DNA from: Malacoraja senta
Lineage: Eukaryota
Assembly (NCBI GenBank): GCA_038087875.1
Contig: CM075988.1
Span: forward strand, 11,906,001-11,966,000
Length of the DNA stretch: 60,000 bases
Direction: 5' to 3'
This document shows positions 47,976 to 59,358 of the stretch, one piece after another (the first letter of the stretch is position 1; every line of letters begins with the position of its first letter). The notes beneath the pieces are model-generated. The model was not told where the DNA came from and did not search any database. It worked only from the letters and a program-made list of their open reading frames with translations. The position numbers and the translations under genes are program-made.

Positions 47976-50877
47976 GATGATTGTGCTGTTTTTGAACTTG
48001 GAAGAATAGTCTTAGTGTGAGAGATAAAACATAAAGTAACTGAGCGGGTCAGGTAGCATCTGTGGAGGGAATGGATAAACTACGTTTCAGGTGGCTACCC
48101 TTTTTCAGACTGGCTCTCGATTCCAGCAACCGCAGTTCTTTCTGTCTCCAGAGTGAGAGATGGTGTGTCTGCAAGCCATTAAAATGTGGTAAAGCAATTT
48201 GGAGGCTATTCTCTCCTGTTTATTTACCAAAGAAAACGAGGGCAGGATTTGGACCTCAACTGATGGTGCTGAACATGCAATATGTTCATGATGACTATAA
48301 TTACATTTTATATGGGAGCAAGGCATTTAGCTCCACTGATCAAGGACACATTTCTCAGCATTAGTTCTGTTAACTATTTACAGATGAAACAAAGAGAATC
48401 ACTAAGACATTTGGAAGGCTAGCAAAGATAATTATCCAGATTTTGCAGTCACCTGCAACCACTTACCACCAATCTTAATAACAAAAAGTCTACGCCTACT
48501 CTCGGTAATCCTTCCACCATCAACTTTAATCGAATGCCGGGAGATTTTCCCACGGCTGCCCTAAAGCACTGTTATTGTGCCTTTAATCATGTCTGTGTCT
48601 TCACTATAGAGAGATAATTTGATGTGATAGATTAGGAAGATGATTATGTAAAGATAGCAAGTTGATATCAAGATAACACTGACTCCCTGCAGTGCATGTC
48701 AACAAAATCAAAAATAGAAGTGTTATTTAACAATTCAAGCGGCAATGTATTGGCCTATTTGCAACACATTTGTCTTTGTTATCATATGTCTGCTCTTTTA
48801 TCTGTGCTATTCCAGTTCATGTTACTATTCAGAAGGTTATAAGTAGTTATTGATACTGTTAAAATTAATGGTTGGGTGACTCACTTTGACCCACTGAACA
48901 TTATTCTTAGAACTCACCTTATCTGGTGATTGTAGGGCAGAAATATAAAGTGATTCATTTAAAAGGAGAATAAAAGAAAATTAAAAAAGTCAAATCTCTA
49001 AGCGACATGGTGGAAAAGTTTAATGCAGTTTTATTTCTAAGCATTCTACACAAGCATAATCGTAATTACATTTTCACATCTTAATTTTTATCTCAAAGCA
49101 CTTGTTACTTGCAGAGTTCTATGGAGTGTCGAGTTTCAATGGAAATAAAGGTCACGATAAGAGTTAAAGTACGTTTATACCATCAATATTTTAAAAAGGT
49201 GTGAGTATGTGTTAATTTTGACTGAGGTATCCACTCTAGCTTAAGGTATAGACTTGATGCATTGGCCTCATGTTAATATAGTTGTTCTCCCATGTCAAAG
49301 GCATGTAAGCAAAAACATTGGATGTCTATATATGTTCATGGGCTCCATTTATTCTTAATTATGGTCAATATGGATTGCAAAAAGAAACCAAATAGGGAAG
49401 AGAGTGCATTATTTCCACTTCACCACTTCAGTCACTTATTTCCATTCAATCTCTGCACTTCTAACACTTCCACATAAAATTAAAGATACCTGTAATTCTT
49501 TATTTTGCGTTGAGTCAGGGGTATGGAGCTATAATGGAGGAAATTAAAGACAGATTGCAGTCTTAATTAACTTTGCTATTTAGTTGAGATTTGTGACAAA
49601 AAAAAATTTTTTTGCTATTAAAGTTAATAATTAAGTTAGGTAAAATGCAGGAAGTTTACATTGGAACCATATATCTCCAATTCTAGTGAAGTTTGCTGTT
49701 ATAGCTTCTTCACTACAGAATCAATTTTCTGCTGGCAATGGTTGATTTCTACTGGCAAGCTAGAATCACACACTCACATCCAGGAGAGAGTGCTACGCAT
49801 GCATGCTGCCTGCTAGTAACAAGAATATGATTCTGTCTCTGAAGAATAAATGACTTAAGTGCCCAAGCAAGATTGTCCAAACATTCACGCTCTGCATTAT
49901 AAGATCAGTGCTTTAGTATGTTGAACGTTGAGCCGTTTCAGTGGAGTGAATGTGGAAACCTAGTCAGCACTGCTCTGGTTTTACTTCAATAAGCATTACG
50001 GTGTCAAGAGTATGGGGAGAAGGCAGGGAGAGATAGATCAGCAATGACTGAATAGACTTGATGGGCCGAATGGCCTAATTCTACTCCTATCACATGATCT
50101 TAAGATCATTCCTAAGAGCATCTCACTTGGCTGTATTCTAGGGTCAGAGTCTGCATTTAACCTGTCAATTTGTATTCCTCTGAACCATCAAATGCTTTGA
50201 ACTTGTGTAATTGTTATGGACCAAGTATTTTTAAATGAAACTTACGTCAAAGTGACACAAAGTTCTCGAGTAACTCAGCAGGTGAGGCAACATTTTTAAA
50301 GAACATGGAAAGGCGATGTTTTGGGATGGGATCCTTCAGACTGTAGAATAATTTATTTTGAATTAATTATGACAAAGTCAAGTAATTCAAAATAAATCAT
50401 TTTCTAGATTTAAAAAAAAGTAATGCCCAAAATATTACACATCTTTGATTGCTAAGTGGGAAGTATGGTATATAATTTTCCAATAGTTTGTCACAGACAA
50501 AAATAACACTGCCATCTTCAAAATGAAGCATATTTGATTCTTTTTTTTCTCTTTATCTTTTCTAAACTTCAGTTTCCGCCTGATTGGAAGCATTGGAATA
50601 TGCAAGGAAAGGTGACTCATAAAATGTCAAAGCCATCATGGGACTTTATTTATAGTGTTTCAAACATATTTATAAGTAGTGGCTATGGCAGGTGTGTTCA
50701 TTGATATTCCAATCATCTGTACGGTGCAAAGGTTTACACGACAGATATTTGACAAAAAAAAGTTATCGAGAAGGAACGACCAAAATCCCAGCAGAATTTG
50801 TTATTGCATTGGGCGTGGGAAGTTTTTTTTTGGAGGGGGGCTGGGGGGGGGAGCGGGGTAGAGGAGAACACTCCATA

Positions 50878-51088
50878 ATTTTGTGTCTATCTTCGTTGTA
50901 AACCAGCATCTGCACTTCCTTGTGTAAGACACAAAAAGCTGGCGTAATTCGGCGGAACAGGCAGCATCTCTGGAGAGAAGGAATGGTTTTGGGTCCGTCA
51001 CCCATTTCTTCTCTCCAGAGATGCTGCCTGTCCCGCTGAGTTACTCCAGCTCTTTCTGTCAATTGTGGTTGCAGTTCCATCCTACACA
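50878..51088. mobile_element. Complex Penelope-terminus repeat (tail plus palindrome)
   Basis: TTTGTGTCTATC..CCAGCATCTGCA, then GACACAAAAAGCTGG..CCAGAGATGCTGCCTGTCCCGCTGAGTTACTCCAGC. Confidence 0.75.
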
Positions 51089-51219
51089 AACCTAGTGAGG
51101 ACTTTGAACTAGGGGTTACTTACCTCAGTTCAACTCTATCGCAACACTATTTTCTTCAGTAATACAAACCGCTGTAAAATAAGTATCGTTCAGACATATT
51201 CGCTGTCGATGTTCTTTAT

Positions 51220-52703
51220 CATAGAAACATAGAAACATAGAAATTAGGTGCAGGAGTAGGCCATTCGGCCCTTCGGCCATTCAATATGATCATGGCTGAT
51301 CATCCAACTCAGTATCCCGTACCTGCCTTCTCTCCATACCCCCTGATCCCTTTAGCCACAAGGGCCACATCTAACTCCCTCTTAAATATAGCCAATGAAC
51401 TGGCCTCAACTACCCTCTGTAGCAGAGAGTTCCAGAGATTCACCACTCTCTGTGTGAAAAAAGTTCTTCTCATCTCGGTTTTAAAGGATTTCCCCCTTAT
51501 CCTTAAGCTGTGACCCCTTGTCCTGGACTTCCCCAACATCGGGAGCAATCTTCCTGCATCTAGCCTGTCCAACCCCTTAAGAAATTTGTACGTTTCTATA
51601 AGATCCCCTCTCAATCTCCTACATTCTAGAGAGTATAAACCAAGTCTATCCAGTCTTTCTTCATAAGACAGTCCTGACATCCCAGGAATCAGTCTGGTGA
51701 ACCTTCTCTGCACTCCCTCTATGGCAATAATGTCCTTCCTCAGATTTGGAGACCAAAACTGTACGCAATACTCCAGGTGTGGTCTCACCAAGACCCTGTA
51801 CAACTGCAGTAGAACCTCCCTGCTCCTATACTCAAATCCTTTTGCTATGAAAGCTAACATACCATTCGCTTTCTTCACTGCCTGCTGCACCTGCATGCCT
51901 ACTTTCAATGACTGGTGTACCATGACACCCAGGTCTCGCTGCATCTCCCCTTTTCCTAGTCGGCCACCATTTAGATAATAGTCTGCTTTCCTGTTTTTGC
52001 CACCAAAATGGATAACCTCACATTTATCCACATTATCCTGCATCTGCCAAACATTTGCCCACTCACCCAGCCTATCCAAGTCACCTTGCAGTCTCATAGC
52101 ATCCTCCTCACAGCTAACACTGCCCCCCAGCTTAGTGTCATCCGCAAACTTGGAGATATTGCCTTCATCCAGATCATTAATATATATTGTAAATAGCTGA
52201 GGTCCCAGCACTGAGCCTTGCGGTACCCCACTAGTCACTGCTGCCATTGTGAAAAGGACCCGTTTACTCCTACTCTTTGCTTCCTGTTTGTCAGCCAGTT
52301 CACTATCCACATCAATACTGAACCCCCAATGCCATGTGCTTTAAGTTTGTATACTAATCTCTTATGTGGGACCTTGTCGAAAGCCTTCTGGAAGTCCAGA
52401 TACACCACATACACTGGTTCTCCCCTATCCACTCTACTAGTTACATCCTCGAAAAATTCTATAAGATTCGTCAGACATGATTTACCTTTCGTAAATCCAT
52501 GCTGACTTTGTCCAATGATTTCACCACTTTCCAAATGTGCAGCTATCCCATCTTTAATAACTGACTCTAGCAGTTTCCCCACTACCGATGTTAGACTAAC
52601 TGGTCTGTAATTCCCCGTTTTCTCTCTCCCTCCCTTCTTAAAAAGTGGGGTTACGTTTGCTACCCTCCAATCCTCAGGAACTACTCCAGAATCTAAAGAG
52701 TTT
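51220..52703 (-). mobile_element. CR1/HER1 LINE, 5'-truncated, RT region with a frameshift
   Basis: ORFs 52235-52735 and 51309-52310: NYRPVSLTS, QHGF, YLDFQKAFDKVPH, GVPQGSVLGP, KFADDTKL; (GTTTCTAT)n 3' tail. Confidence 0.95.
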
Positions 52704-53019
52704 CTGGAGTAGTTCCTGCTACATCGGTAAGGCAAGCAGTTTAAATCAATGACTCTCGTACTGTTCAGCTCGGAAAGGTTACAAGTAAAAGTGCCACAAA
52801 CTTCAGCTGATGGATACAGGTATTATCGACAAGTGTGATCATTTGTGGCAGGGGGGGGTGGCGGTGGTTGGTGGTACTGAAGTTAACTTGTCCACCAAGC
52901 ATGTGAAACATCTTGGCAAGACATGATGAAGCAAGGGTTAAATGCCACTGCTGACTCTGGTGGTGAGGGGGTTTAAAATGGATTCAATCGCGAACTGAAA
53001 GCTGCTATGTCGAGAGGTA

Positions 53020-53109
53020 GCGAGAGAGATAGAGAGAGAGTGTGTGTGTGTGTGTCAGACGGACAGAGAGAGAGAGATAGAGAGAGAGTGTGTGTGTGTG
53101 TGTCAGACG

Positions 53110-53161
<52 letters not shown>

Positions 53162-53197
53162 GAGAGAGAGTGTGTGTGTCAGACGGACAGAGAGAGA
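53020..53197. repeat. Compound (GA)n/(GT)n microsatellite in three higher-order units
   Basis: Three units of (GA)n-TA-(GA)n-(GT)n-CAGACGGACAGA. Confidence 0.9.
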
Positions 53198-53199
53198 CC

Positions 53200-54066
53200 G
53201 CTATCAGCAGGCGCCGGGCAGTGAGAACAAATGCATGATGCGAAAGGACTTCACCGCTGCCTGTAGTAATAGGATATCTGGGAATGAGAGATTTGTGTTT
53301 TAATCACTGCTGGTTCTGTGTAACTCTCACGCTACTGGAGGACTGACTGTGCCGATGGTTGTATTTGGCTGTGAATGGAAAGGATGTTTAAAAAAACAAC
53401 AACATTTTGCTAAACTCTGAAGACAAGGGTTAATTGCCACCCGCTAGTGGCAGGGGAGTGAATGGTGAGGCGGAACGAAGGGGTTACCTGCTGTCCATAC
53501 CAGTGTAACTCCAGTGCGCTGGTCATTGAGGGAGGCGGCTGCCAAGTGACGATGCTGGAATGGGAAGGACTTGGTAACGCTGCTCAGGCAGTAACTGAGA
53601 AGGAAGGCAGCGGCGTCCAACTGCCTCTTGTCATCTCTCTCCCTCTCTGAACACATTTTTTTTGGCTCGGACTGCATTGCATTTCCAGCCCCCCCCTCCC
53701 TCCCTCCCTCCACCCTTCAAGAGGAGAATCCTTTTCAAAACCTCGACTTTTTTTTCTCTTGCGATCTAAGAGGCGAAGCGAAGCCAGCACTTGTGCACAG
53801 TTTGGATACACACAGCCTGAATCTATTTTCTGGGGTGGTTTTTTTTTGGAACAGATTTATATTGTTGGATATTTTTTTAACCCCCCTTTTTTTTTTTGGT
53901 CGCTTGGAGTTTTTTTTTTTCAGTGCCTGCACCAGGTTGCCGTTTGTGGAAGTGTTGTTTTTTTTTGGGTATTCTTCTTCTTGTGTGCTTGCGGTTGGAC
54001 GCTCGGCTCTGCTCTGCACGACTCGGACTGGCGATGCGGCTGTGTTTGCTGATCTCCCCGGCCACG
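53200..54066 (+). promoter_or_regulatory. Probable proximal (1b) promoter and 5' UTR of the IgLON gene
   Basis: Repeat-free, locally GC/CpG-enriched sequence with polypyrimidine/poly-T tracts directly upstream of the ATG; TSS cannot be placed from sequence. Confidence 0.55.
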
Positions 54067-54245
54067 ATGGGACCTGTCCCCGGCTCGCCGCTGACGGGCT
54101 TTTACCCCGGCAGGTGGCTGATGTTACTAGCGCTCAGGTTACTTTTCCTTGTGCCTGCAGGGGAGCCGGTCGGCCGCAGTGACAGTAACATCCCCAAAGC
54201 AATGGACAACGTGACGGTGAGGCAGGGTGACAACGCCGTACTCAG
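54067..54245 (+). CDS. NTM/OPCML: First coding exon (exon 1b type) of an IgLON family gene, neurotrimin/OPCML-like: signal peptide plus start of Ig domain 1; partial CDS continuing beyond the window
   Basis: Strong Kozak GCCACGATGG; translates [60 protein letters not shown], matching from memory the NTM/OPCML N-terminus (..[39 protein letters not shown]). Phase-2 donor CTCAG|GTAGG after 54245. NTM and OPCML cannot be told apart from this exon alone. Confidence 0.9.
54141..54160 (+). promoter_or_regulatory. Internal 3' splice acceptor within the signal-peptide coding sequence (for a distal exon 1a)
   Basis: ACTTTTCCTTGTGCCTGCAG|GG; phase 1 at the Gly of ..VPAG|EP.., where alternative IgLON exon 1a is known to join. 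Confidence 0.65.
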
Positions 54246-56085
54246 GTAGGAGAACAACTCCATCCCTTTGCATTTCCATGCACTGGGAGCCTTGAATTCA
54301 ATGTAATTGCATGAAAAGTTGAACACCTAGTCACTGTCGCCTATTATTCCTTGCTTATTCTGCGCCTCGCCTCCTAAGCGGAGTATCTTTATGTATGTAT
54401 TTGTGTGATCTGGTCTCATTGCTGGATTAATATCAGTGGTCGGATGTACTGGTAAATCTCTGCCTTTAAGGAAGGGATTATCCGCACGTTGCATAGCTAT
54501 CTCTTCCCCAGGAATTCGACTGCAGGCTTGGATATTGCTGGGATTTTATGAGAAGCGGTTCTGGAACATCGCCTGCCCTGTTTATATACAAGACAAAACT
54601 GCGATTTTGCTCACTTTATCTTTCAGCTCCTGACTACCATGGCCGCTGTTTTCCTTTGATGTTAATGATATTAATTAGTTATCCAGCACCGCGCCGGTGT
54701 GTGTGTAAATCTTCCCCAGTTGAGAACTGCTGATTTATTTTCCACTTTTCCCATATTCTTGGACAGTGCCCAAAGTGCTGTCTGCCGCCTATATTAGCAA
54801 CTGCGTGGATGCATATATGGGGCTTCTTAAGTTTCTGGAGAGGTTGACATTAGGCGAGGTGAGGTGAAATTTAAAAAAATAGAACTGCCGGCAAGTTTTG
54901 AACCGCTGAACAGGAGTGGAGGGGGGACAGGGGCGAAGGCAGAGAGCGGGGGTCATATTTAAGGAATAACGAGTTGCTTGTGGAACGGAGAAAATGATGT
55001 TTGTGGGTTTTATTTTACTATGTGTTAAGTATTGTTGCACTGTTCTAATGATTTTTTTTCAGTTCTAATCCAAAACCGTTATGTATTCTTCGCCAGAGAG
55101 AATCGGTCAGTCGTTGAGATATTTACTGAAGGCTGCGGTCCTTGATGTTGTAGTTAGAGAAAACGCTTGGAAATTCATCTCTGTGCGACTAGTATCAATA
55201 GGCCAATTTGTGCACATTGTTTGCGCTATGTTGCCTTAGTGTAGAACACTCCCTCTGTTCACTGTTATTGATTTTATTAATGCAATCCTTCTCAGAACAG
55301 AGCCATATTGACAGAGGGGTACCATTCCGATGATAGCATATCAGGAATATTATTATTCTTAAAGTTATGCGATGCTTCCTGTACTGGTGACAGCATGTAA
55401 TGTTAATGTTATTGTTGCATTGATTTACAGGATATTGGCTCTATAATCGAGGACAAAAGATTTGAAGCTTAATTTTAAGTCGTTTTGCTGATTTTGTTTT
55501 CAATAGTCACTAAAAAGGTTGTGTACTATGACAAACTTGGAATTTGTATTCCTATAAATCTGAATCTAGTGGACCATTGGCATTTAATTTATCTTTGAAA
55601 TCACAGCTGCATAATATTTGTGATTATAATGCCACTAATATTTATTGATCATTGGGGACTTCGAGGCTTGAAAATTATTTAGTTTTTTTGTTTTATAAAG
55701 GAAAAAAAAGTACTCCTATAATGTAATTGTTGTAGATCTTAAATAGGTTCATAAAGCTATTTGATAGCTCTGAATGCATTTCGTTTACTTCAGAAGAATA
55801 TTGATTTCCATGGGGAAAACTTCACGAACATTACATCAGTGACCAACTCGACAATAAGCAGGAAATGGTTGATTTTATGGTATCAAACCAGAAGTAAATA
55901 TTTAAGATGGGAATTACAGTTTTGTGTTTGATCATCATTCTAACTTTAATTATATTGCTTGCTTAGGAATTGCAATCAATTTCCAGCAATATGTGAATTT
56001 AACTGCTCCCACATCATGCAATCATAGGATGTTGATAGCACACAAATGTTGAAAAAATGTCCATGCAATAATTGTCATATGTGAT

Positions 56086-56253
56086 CATAAGACCATAAGT
56101 GATAGGAGCAGAATTAGGCCATTCAATAATGGCTGACCTATCTCTCTCTCTCTCCTAACCCCATTGTCCTGTCTTCTCCCCATGACCTCTGACACCTGCA
56201 CTAATCAAGAATCTATCTATCTCTGCCTTAAAAATATCCACTGACGGCCTCCA
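56086..56253 (-). mobile_element. CR1 3' end in the intron
   Basis: CATAAGACCATAAGTGATAGGAGCAGAATTAGGCCATTC; similar to 5162-5340. Confidence 0.75.
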
Positions 56254-57397
56254 ATTGGCCTCCAAATGCAAGTCAGAGAAGAGTATCACTGTTTGCTTTT
56301 GAATGGAGATACCTGAGCTCTATGTGTGCATGTATGATAGAGCCTTGTTGTCGATCGGTAAGATGAATATACAATGGGATTTCTACAAGCATTAGTAATG
56401 ATGCACTATGGGCATCCAAAAAGCCTTCAGATTTAACTTGCTTCAAAAAGTTTGCCCATTAACCACAGCCCAATCACACTGTGAGCAATGGAAGATTTCC
56501 TTTATGGTTGTTTCTATTGGTGACATTAAGCTGCCGAGTCATATTATATTGACTGCATTATACCTCATAGTTTGCAGGACTGTAACGTTAAAAATTATAT
56601 TTTGCTATGCGTTTGAGTCCTGAGGTGGAGCTTGTTGTTTCAGCATATCTACCTCAGTCAGGGAACTTTCATGAATTCCTGAGCAGGATCCATATGAGGA
56701 ATCACAGATTAATTCCTCCACTCCATTTATTTTGCTGAAATTATATTTGGAGCTGGGTGAGCATGAAGCTGCGTCTTTGGCAAATTACGTGGGTAGACTG
56801 CACCAAGATGTCCACTCAAGCAAGAGTCACAATTCAAACACACCCCATAAGGTTTATTCCTTTCCTTCCATGGCTCCTTGGCTTTCCTGACTGAATTGGG
56901 TACAAAACAATAACTGTTCCACTTGGAATGCAAAGTCAGTTTACCAGGTCTGATAAAGGTTTGGCCAATCCTCAGCTGTTTGCAAACCCAGTTTTTCCAC
57001 AAAGTTACAATCAAACTAAAATTGAACTCAGTCTTTAGTTATCAGGTGCAGCTCACCTGAGATGAACCATCAGACTACACGACCTTCAGCAGAATGCTCA
57101 AAGAATATTGTTGCAGTTTTGTGTACCCAGAATGAAGAAATGTCAGTATGACAGTTAAAACATCAATGCACTGTCCCTGTGGATGAGAAATGTTTTATGA
57201 ATATTCAAAATGATAGTTAATGCAAAAATATAATGTCAAAATATAATGTCAATTTTACATTGATGGACAAAAATTATAAAGCATTTTGTGGAGTTAACAA
57301 GTAGCTGTTTTTGTTTATTTCAGTGATTTGAGATATAACATTGTAATATATTTTGCAAAGATAAGCTATAACTTTGCTCAAGCCATATTATAGCCAT

Positions 57398-57603
57398 TAG
57401 TTTAGAGATACAGCGTGGAAACAGGCCCTTTGGCCCACAGAGTCCACACCCATCAGCTATCCTACACACATGAGGGACAATTTACAACTTTACGTAGCCA
57501 ATTAGCCTACAAGCTCCGTACAGACAGCACCCGTTGTCAGGATCGAACCCGGGTCTCTAGTGCTGTAAGGCAGCAACTCTACCGCTGCACCACTGTGCCA
57601 CCC
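57398..57603 (-). mobile_element. HE1-type SINE (core deleted)
   Basis: TTAGTTTAGAGATACAGCGTGGAAACAGGCCC tail; GGATCGAACCCGGG (B box on the minus strand). Confidence 0.85.
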
Positions 57604-57984
57604 TAGTTATTTTCCATTTACAAATTCAAATGTTTAATGGAAGTACATTGGGAAACATTCTAAATACAAATTAAAATCTTGCAACTGGAAATGTGAAAAA
57701 GTTTGAAATCTGAAACAAAACACTCTTGGAAGTGCACAGTACATTAGTCTACATCTGTGGAAGGTAAACCGTGCACAATTTCTGATCAAGGTGTTAATTG
57801 TTTCTCCCTCCACAGATGTTGCCTGACGTGCTGAGTATTTTTTTTAGTATTTTCTGTTTTAGTTGAAGATTAATTAACTGGGGACTGTGGCAATTTTAAT
57901 GAGTACCTAATTAAATGCAATAGAAGTTGGTAAAATTTCAATTGATGAACATGAAATTGTGAGATCCAGGGTAGTACAGACAGA

Positions 57985-58328
57985 AGAATTGCTGCCCCGG
58001 AACTCTATCCGACCTTTGGTTCTGTCTGTGTTGAGTTTTCACATTCTTCCTATACTGGATGGATTTTATGTTGGTGCATTGGGTCCCTCCACCCTTCCAA
58101 TAATATGTGGGTTGCCTGGTAATTTGGCCTCTGTGGAACCTCTGTGAATTGCCCCTTATGTGTCTATGAATGGTTGGATTTGGAGGTGTGGTGTTGATTG
58201 ATGGGAATGTGGCAACCATAAATTGCATTAGGGTAGGGTGAGTGTAAAATTGGAGACTTGATGGTCGGCACGGACACAATGAAGAGTCGATTTCTGTGCT
58301 GTGTCTCGTCTTTCACTGTCTCTCTAAA
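57985..58328 (+). mobile_element. Old HE1-like SINE
   Basis: Degenerate head/core and TTTCTGTGCTGTGTCTC..TCTCTAAA tail. Confidence 0.5.
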
Positions 58329-58899
58329 TACAGTATATGAAGCATTGTTAACTTTCCAAGGTTTCAATCTAACTACCAAATCAATGGTAAGGAGGCAGAG
58401 CCAAGTTGCTTGATGAACAGCCTAAGAGGACTGAACATTAGCCAGAGCTATGAGAAATTCTCCAAAGGAGGGAATGTTTTTAATTATGTAATGTAATATG
58501 TAATAAGTAGTTAGTGAGGCTAATGGTAATCAAGAAGCTCACAGATTGTTATAAGCACCCATCAGCTTTAATAACTTTTGTGTGGGTATTGAATCCATTG
58601 TCCTTGAGCTGCAAGTGACTCCAGATCCATAGACATGTAGTTGATGCAATTGTGCTCTGAAATGTTTTAGAGAACCATGATGTCCGTTGGGGATGGGCAT
58701 TAAATGCTGATGTTTCCTGTACCCATATCCTCTGATCAATGTAATAAAAAAATTGTCTCAAACCATGAACCTCACTTCAGTGATATATTTACTCGGTCTT
58801 CCATCCATTGAATTGAAACAAATGGCACTAATGTTTTAGCATTTCCTGGCACATGTATACTGTGTAAGTTGTGAGCTTTTAATCTGTTCAAGCAAATTG

Positions 58900-59358
58900 C
58901 AGTAAACCCTCTTTTTAATGGACCTCGTTATAATAGATTTCAGTTAGAGCAGACGGCTGCCAATGCCGCCCCCATTTTGCAGCCTTTCGTAGCCGCTTCT
59001 AGTCTGGGCTGGCGACACCAGCTCAGGCTTGTGCCGCCTCCCCAGCCGCTTACAGATCTGGCTTCCCCCACGCCTCTCTGGTTTGCACTGCTTCCAGGTT
59101 GGTCCTTCTGCCGCCACCACCAACCCTTACCTGCACTCGGCCGCCCGCGGGCCACGATCATTGACTCCGCCGATTCTCCCCTCTCCCCCGGGTCTCGACT
59201 TGAAACACCACCAATCAATATTCTCCAGATATGCTCCAGCACTTTGTGTCCTTTTAAGCAACTGCAGTTCTACCACTTACACAATGATAGCATACAATTG
59301 GCAATAACGGCCACCATCCCCCCCCCCCCCCATGATCTATTATAATGAGGGTTTACTT
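58900..59358. mobile_element. Tc1/pogo(Tigger)-like MITE
   Basis: TIR CAGTAAACCCTCTTTTTAATGGA / TCTATTATAATGAGGGTTTACTT; TA TSD not intact. Confidence 0.65.

Noticed and set aside
53007..53303. ER/VC-repeat ORFs
   Set aside because: Translation of the microsatellite.
53628..54182. 184-aa ORF overlapping the IgLON exon in another frame
   Set aside because: Non-ATG start, low-complexity Phe-rich product from poly-T tracts, no recognisable homology.
54761..54770. REST right half-site GGACAGTGCC in the intron
   Set aside because: No adjacent left half-site; too short to support.
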